Source: Allobaculum fili
GTDB taxonomy: Bacteria > Bacillota_I > Bacilli_A > Erysipelotrichales > Erysipelotrichaceae
Assembly (NCBI RefSeq): GCF_020969955.1
Contig: NZ_JAHDSX010000069.1
Coordinates: 1 to 7,903, forward strand
Reading direction: 5' to 3'
Length of the DNA stretch: 7,903 nucleotides
Shown: piece after piece, positions 6,089 through 7,903 of the stretch
How the letters are laid out: every line of letters starts with the position of its first letter
How positions within the stretch are numbered: position 1 is the stretch's first letter
Notes under the pieces: model-generated
Databases searched by the model: none
What the model was told of the DNA's origin: nothing
The model's input: the letters and a program-made list of their open reading frames with translations, nothing else
Program-made: the position numbers and the translations under genes

Positions 6089-6148
6089 CCTTTAAAAAAT
6101 CGTGATTTTTCGACAGGATTGAAAAACTATACATCCGGTCCCCGGTTT

Positions 6149-6158
6149 GAATCGATTC
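6149..6158. promoter_or_regulatory. 10-bp palindrome GAATCGATTC upstream of pfk; candidate operator sharing its core with 266-279
   Basis: Perfect palindrome about 55 nt upstream of the pfk ATG. It overlaps a TTGAAT hexamer (6147-6152) and is followed by TAAAAT (6163-6168), but those hexamers are only 10 bp apart, so I do not call them a promoter. Confidence 0.3.
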
Positions 6159-6211
6159 GTTTTAAAATAGAGAAAGAATTACAGCTGAAAACAGAGTGAG
6201 GAGGATTATCA

Positions 6212-7294
6212 ATGCTTCGAATTGGAATGCTTACGAGCGGAGGAGACTGCCAGGCGCTGAACGCCACAATGCGTGCCATCTACCTTTCCGCCATGAACAA
6301 CGCTAAGGAACCCGTAGAGTTTTACGGATTCGAAGACGGCTATAAAGGCCTGATGTACAACCGCTACCGCATGCTGACGAGTGCCGATTTCAACGACATC
6401 CTGACACGCGGCGGAACCATTCTCGGTACGAGCCGGGTGCCGTTCAAGGATCTCGACAAGCCGGATGAAAACGGCAATAACAAAGTCAAGCTCATGAAGC
6501 AAACGTATCATGTGCTCGAACTCGACTGCCTGATCGTTTTAGGCGGCAACGGCTCTTTAAAAACCGCCAACCGTCTTTCCCAGGAAGGTCTGAATGTCAT
6601 CGGCATGCCGAAGACGATCGACAACGATCTCTGGGGCACCGACATGACGTTCGGTTTCCAGTCCGCGGTCGATATTGCGACCCGCGCGATCGATGAAATT
6701 CACACGACTGCTTCGAGTCATGGCCGCGTATTTATCGTCGAAATCATGGGCCACAAAACCGGATGGCTGCCGCTCAACGCCGGACTGGCCGGCGGCGCCG
6801 ATATCATTCTGCTTCCGGAAATCCCCTACGATCTGAACGTCGTTCTCGATGTCGTTAAGAAAAAGAAAACGAATAACCACGGCCGCTTCATGATTCTCGC
6901 CGTTGCCGAAGGCGCGATTTCGATCGAAGACAAGAAGCTGTCCAAGAAGGAATACCAGAAGCGCCTGCAGAGCTACACGTTCCCGTCCGTTTCCTACAAA
7001 CTGGCCGCAGAAATTGAAGAAGCCACCGGCAAGGAAGTCCGCGTAACCATTCCAGGTCATACCCAGCGCGGCGGCATGCCGGACGCCTACGACCGCGTTT
7101 TCGCCAGCCGTCTGGGCGCTGAGGGCGGACGCATGGCCTGCCAGGGTGAATACGGCTTCATGGTCGCCTATCGCAACCGCGAAATCGTCAAAGTGCCGCT
7201 TGCCGAAATCGCCGGCAAGCTCAAGCTCGTCGATCCCGATTCCAGCATCATTCAGGAAGCCAGAATGCTTGGCATTTCGTTTGGCGATAAATAG
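6212..7294 (+). CDS. pfkA: 6-phosphofructokinase, PfkA family (phosphoryl-donor specificity uncertain)
   Basis: 360 aa. GAGGAGG SD at 6198-6204, 7 nt before the ATG. Family motifs: LTSGGD, TRGGT, PKTIDND, SSHGR, IPGHTQRGG. Atypical positions: GGNGS where GGDGS is usual, Lys in MPKTIDND, and MGHKTGW where MGR is usual. Confidence 0.9.
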   Translation: MLRIGMLTSGGDCQALNATMRAIYLSAMNNAKEPVEFYGFEDGYKGLMYNRYRMLTSADFNDILTRGGTILGTSRVPFKDLDKPDENGNNKVKLMKQTYHVLELDCLIVLGGNGSLKTANRLSQEGLNVIGMPKTIDNDLWGTDMTFGFQSAVDIATRAIDEIHTTASSHGRVFIVEIMGHKTGWLPLNAGLAGGADIILLPEIPYDLNVVLDVVKKKKTNNHGRFMILAVAEGAISIEDKKLSKKEYQKRLQSYTFPSVSYKLAAEIEEATGKEVRVTIPGHTQRGGMPDAYDRVFASRLGAEGGRMACQGEYGFMVAYRNREIVKVPLAEIAGKLKLVDPDSSIIQEARMLGISFGDK

Positions 7295-7305
7295 CGGCGT
7301 GTTCT

Positions 7306-7355
7306 CTTTCAGTCAAGCCGTACGCTATATTCCCCTGTCCCGGCTAAACTGAAGG
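7306..7355 (+). other. Long imperfect hairpin between pfk and the small membrane-protein gene (no U-tail)
   Basis: CTTTCAGT (7306-7313) pairs with ACTGAAGG (7348-7355), including one G-U pair. The inner stem is AGCCG (7316-7320) / CGGCT (7341-7345), with a 2x2 internal loop and a 20-nt apical loop. It is followed by TATACG, so it is not a canonical intrinsic terminator. Confidence 0.3.
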
Positions 7356-7401
7356 TATACGAAGAAACAGGAGAGGTGTTGATCCTCCAGGAGGTACCCC
7401 T

Positions 7402-7746
7402 ATGTCAAAATTCAACGAAGTTAAAAACGAAGCGCTCAATCTGCGCAGCGATGCCCGCAAAGCACTGCTCATCGATCTTCTGCGCGCGGAAGAAAATCAT
7501 GTAGCCAATTCCATGATTCCTCTGGAAGCCGATCATCGCGCTGCCATGAAAAAAGAAGAAGACGACCGTCTGTTCGGTATCGCCATGGCTTCTGCCGCCG
7601 TTGCCGCGCTGACCGGCGCCGCAGTGATCCTTGCTGTGAAGGGCAAACGCAAACTGGAAGAAGAAGCCAGAAAAGCGAAACTCCAGCTTGAGCAGGAGAA
7701 AAAGGACATGATCCGCAAGCTTGCGCAGGTCAAGGGCCGTCACTAA
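7402..7746 (+). CDS. Small single-pass membrane protein with a charged coiled-coil-like C-terminus; unknown function
   Basis: 114 aa. AGGAGG SD at 7389-7394, 7 nt before the ATG. One hydrophobic segment (LFGIAMASAAVAALTGAAVILAV, about aa 57-79) is flanked by KKEEDDR and KGKRKLEEEARKAKLQLEQEKKDMIRKL. The antisense ORF 7405-7743 is low complexity and lacks an SD. Confidence 0.65.
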   Translation: MSKFNEVKNEALNLRSDARKALLIDLLRAEENHVANSMIPLEADHRAAMKKEEDDRLFGIAMASAAVAALTGAAVILAVKGKRKLEEEARKAKLQLEQEKKDMIRKLAQVKGRH

Positions 7747-7819
7747 GCGCTGACCGGATTATCCTGAACATATCCTTCTGAACGTAAGCGTCAAATAAAA
7801 GACGGGTATTTTCTCGACC

Positions 7820-7858
7820 GCCTCCTTGGGATAATTCCTTTATTCAAGGAGGCTTTTT
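7820..7858 (+). terminator. Terminator-like hairpin plus T5 whose 3' arm is the SD of the next gene
   Basis: GCCTCCTTG (7820-7828) / CAAGGAGGC (7845-7853), 16-nt loop, then TTTTT (7854-7858). The 3' arm contains AAGGAGG, 7 nt upstream of the ATG at 7860. Confidence 0.55.
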
Positions 7859-7859
7859 C

Positions 7860-7903
7860 ATGGAATCAATCATCCCTGCAATCGATCTCGGTATCGATTT
7901 CTC
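7860..7903 (+). CDS. 5' end of an unidentified gene (MESIIPAIDLGIDF...), truncated by the window edge
   Basis: The ATG at 7860 is preceded by AAGGAGG at optimal spacing, and the frame stays open to the window end. Too short to identify. Confidence 0.45.
   Translation, partial: MESIIPAIDLGIDF

Noticed and set aside
6100-6113. Zur/Fur-family-like box TCGTGATTTTTCGA upstream of pfk
   Set aside because: The left half is close to the Zur half-site TCGTAAT. The spacing is 7-0-7 rather than 7-1-7, and the right half matches its own inverted repeat at only 4/7 positions.
6035-6199. 54-codon + strand ORF (MTAFSYNVKSHTLLPTRFPL...) in the pfk upstream region, ending within the pfk SD
   Set aside because: It has no SD before the ATG, unremarkable composition, and overlaps the palindromic elements. 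It is most likely a chance open frame.
7146-7352. 68-aa + strand ORF overlapping the 3' end of pfk, and the antisense ORFs 7405-7743 and 7533-7733
   Set aside because: These are alternative-frame or antisense artefacts of well-supported genes. They lack an SD and translate to low-complexity sequence.

Overview
This window looks like ordinary chromosomal DNA from a Gram-positive-type (probably Bacillota) genome. That guess rests on canonical lipoboxes, strong GGAGG-type Shine-Dalgarno sites and hairpin plus T-run terminators. On the + strand there is a four-gene FhuD/FecCD/FhuC-type metallophore ABC importer: binding lipoprotein 387-1346, permease 1346-2353, permease 2346-3314 and ATPase 3333-4193. 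Its start and stop codons overlap, and a clear terminator follows. Next come a DUF1905 / YdhG-like (DUF1801) fusion protein (4277-5041, +), a convergent and very acidic lipoprotein of unknown function (5315-5857, -), a PfkA-family 6-phosphofructokinase (6212-7294, +), a small single-TM coiled-coil protein (7402-7746, +), and the first 14 codons of another gene (7860-7903, +). I see no rRNA, tRNA, CRISPR array, transposase, integrase, or recognisable defence or toxin gene, so I cannot support a claim of a new multi-gene system here. Six items deserve a second look. (1) A perfect 24-bp tandem duplication lies directly upstream of the acidic lipoprotein's SD. It is in frame within an unannotated 47-codon Cys-containing ORF that stops 1 nt before the lipoprotein ATG. 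(2) The palindrome GAATCGATTC occurs upstream of both the ABC operon and pfk. (3) The PFK has substitutions at normally conserved active-site motif positions. (4) The DUF1905-DUF1801 fusion sits next to the uptake operon. (5) I could not recognise a Fur, DtxR or B12 regulatory element upstream of the importer. (6) A terminator-like hairpin has a 3' arm that is the SD of the next gene. All family assignments come from motif recognition by eye, not from a database search.
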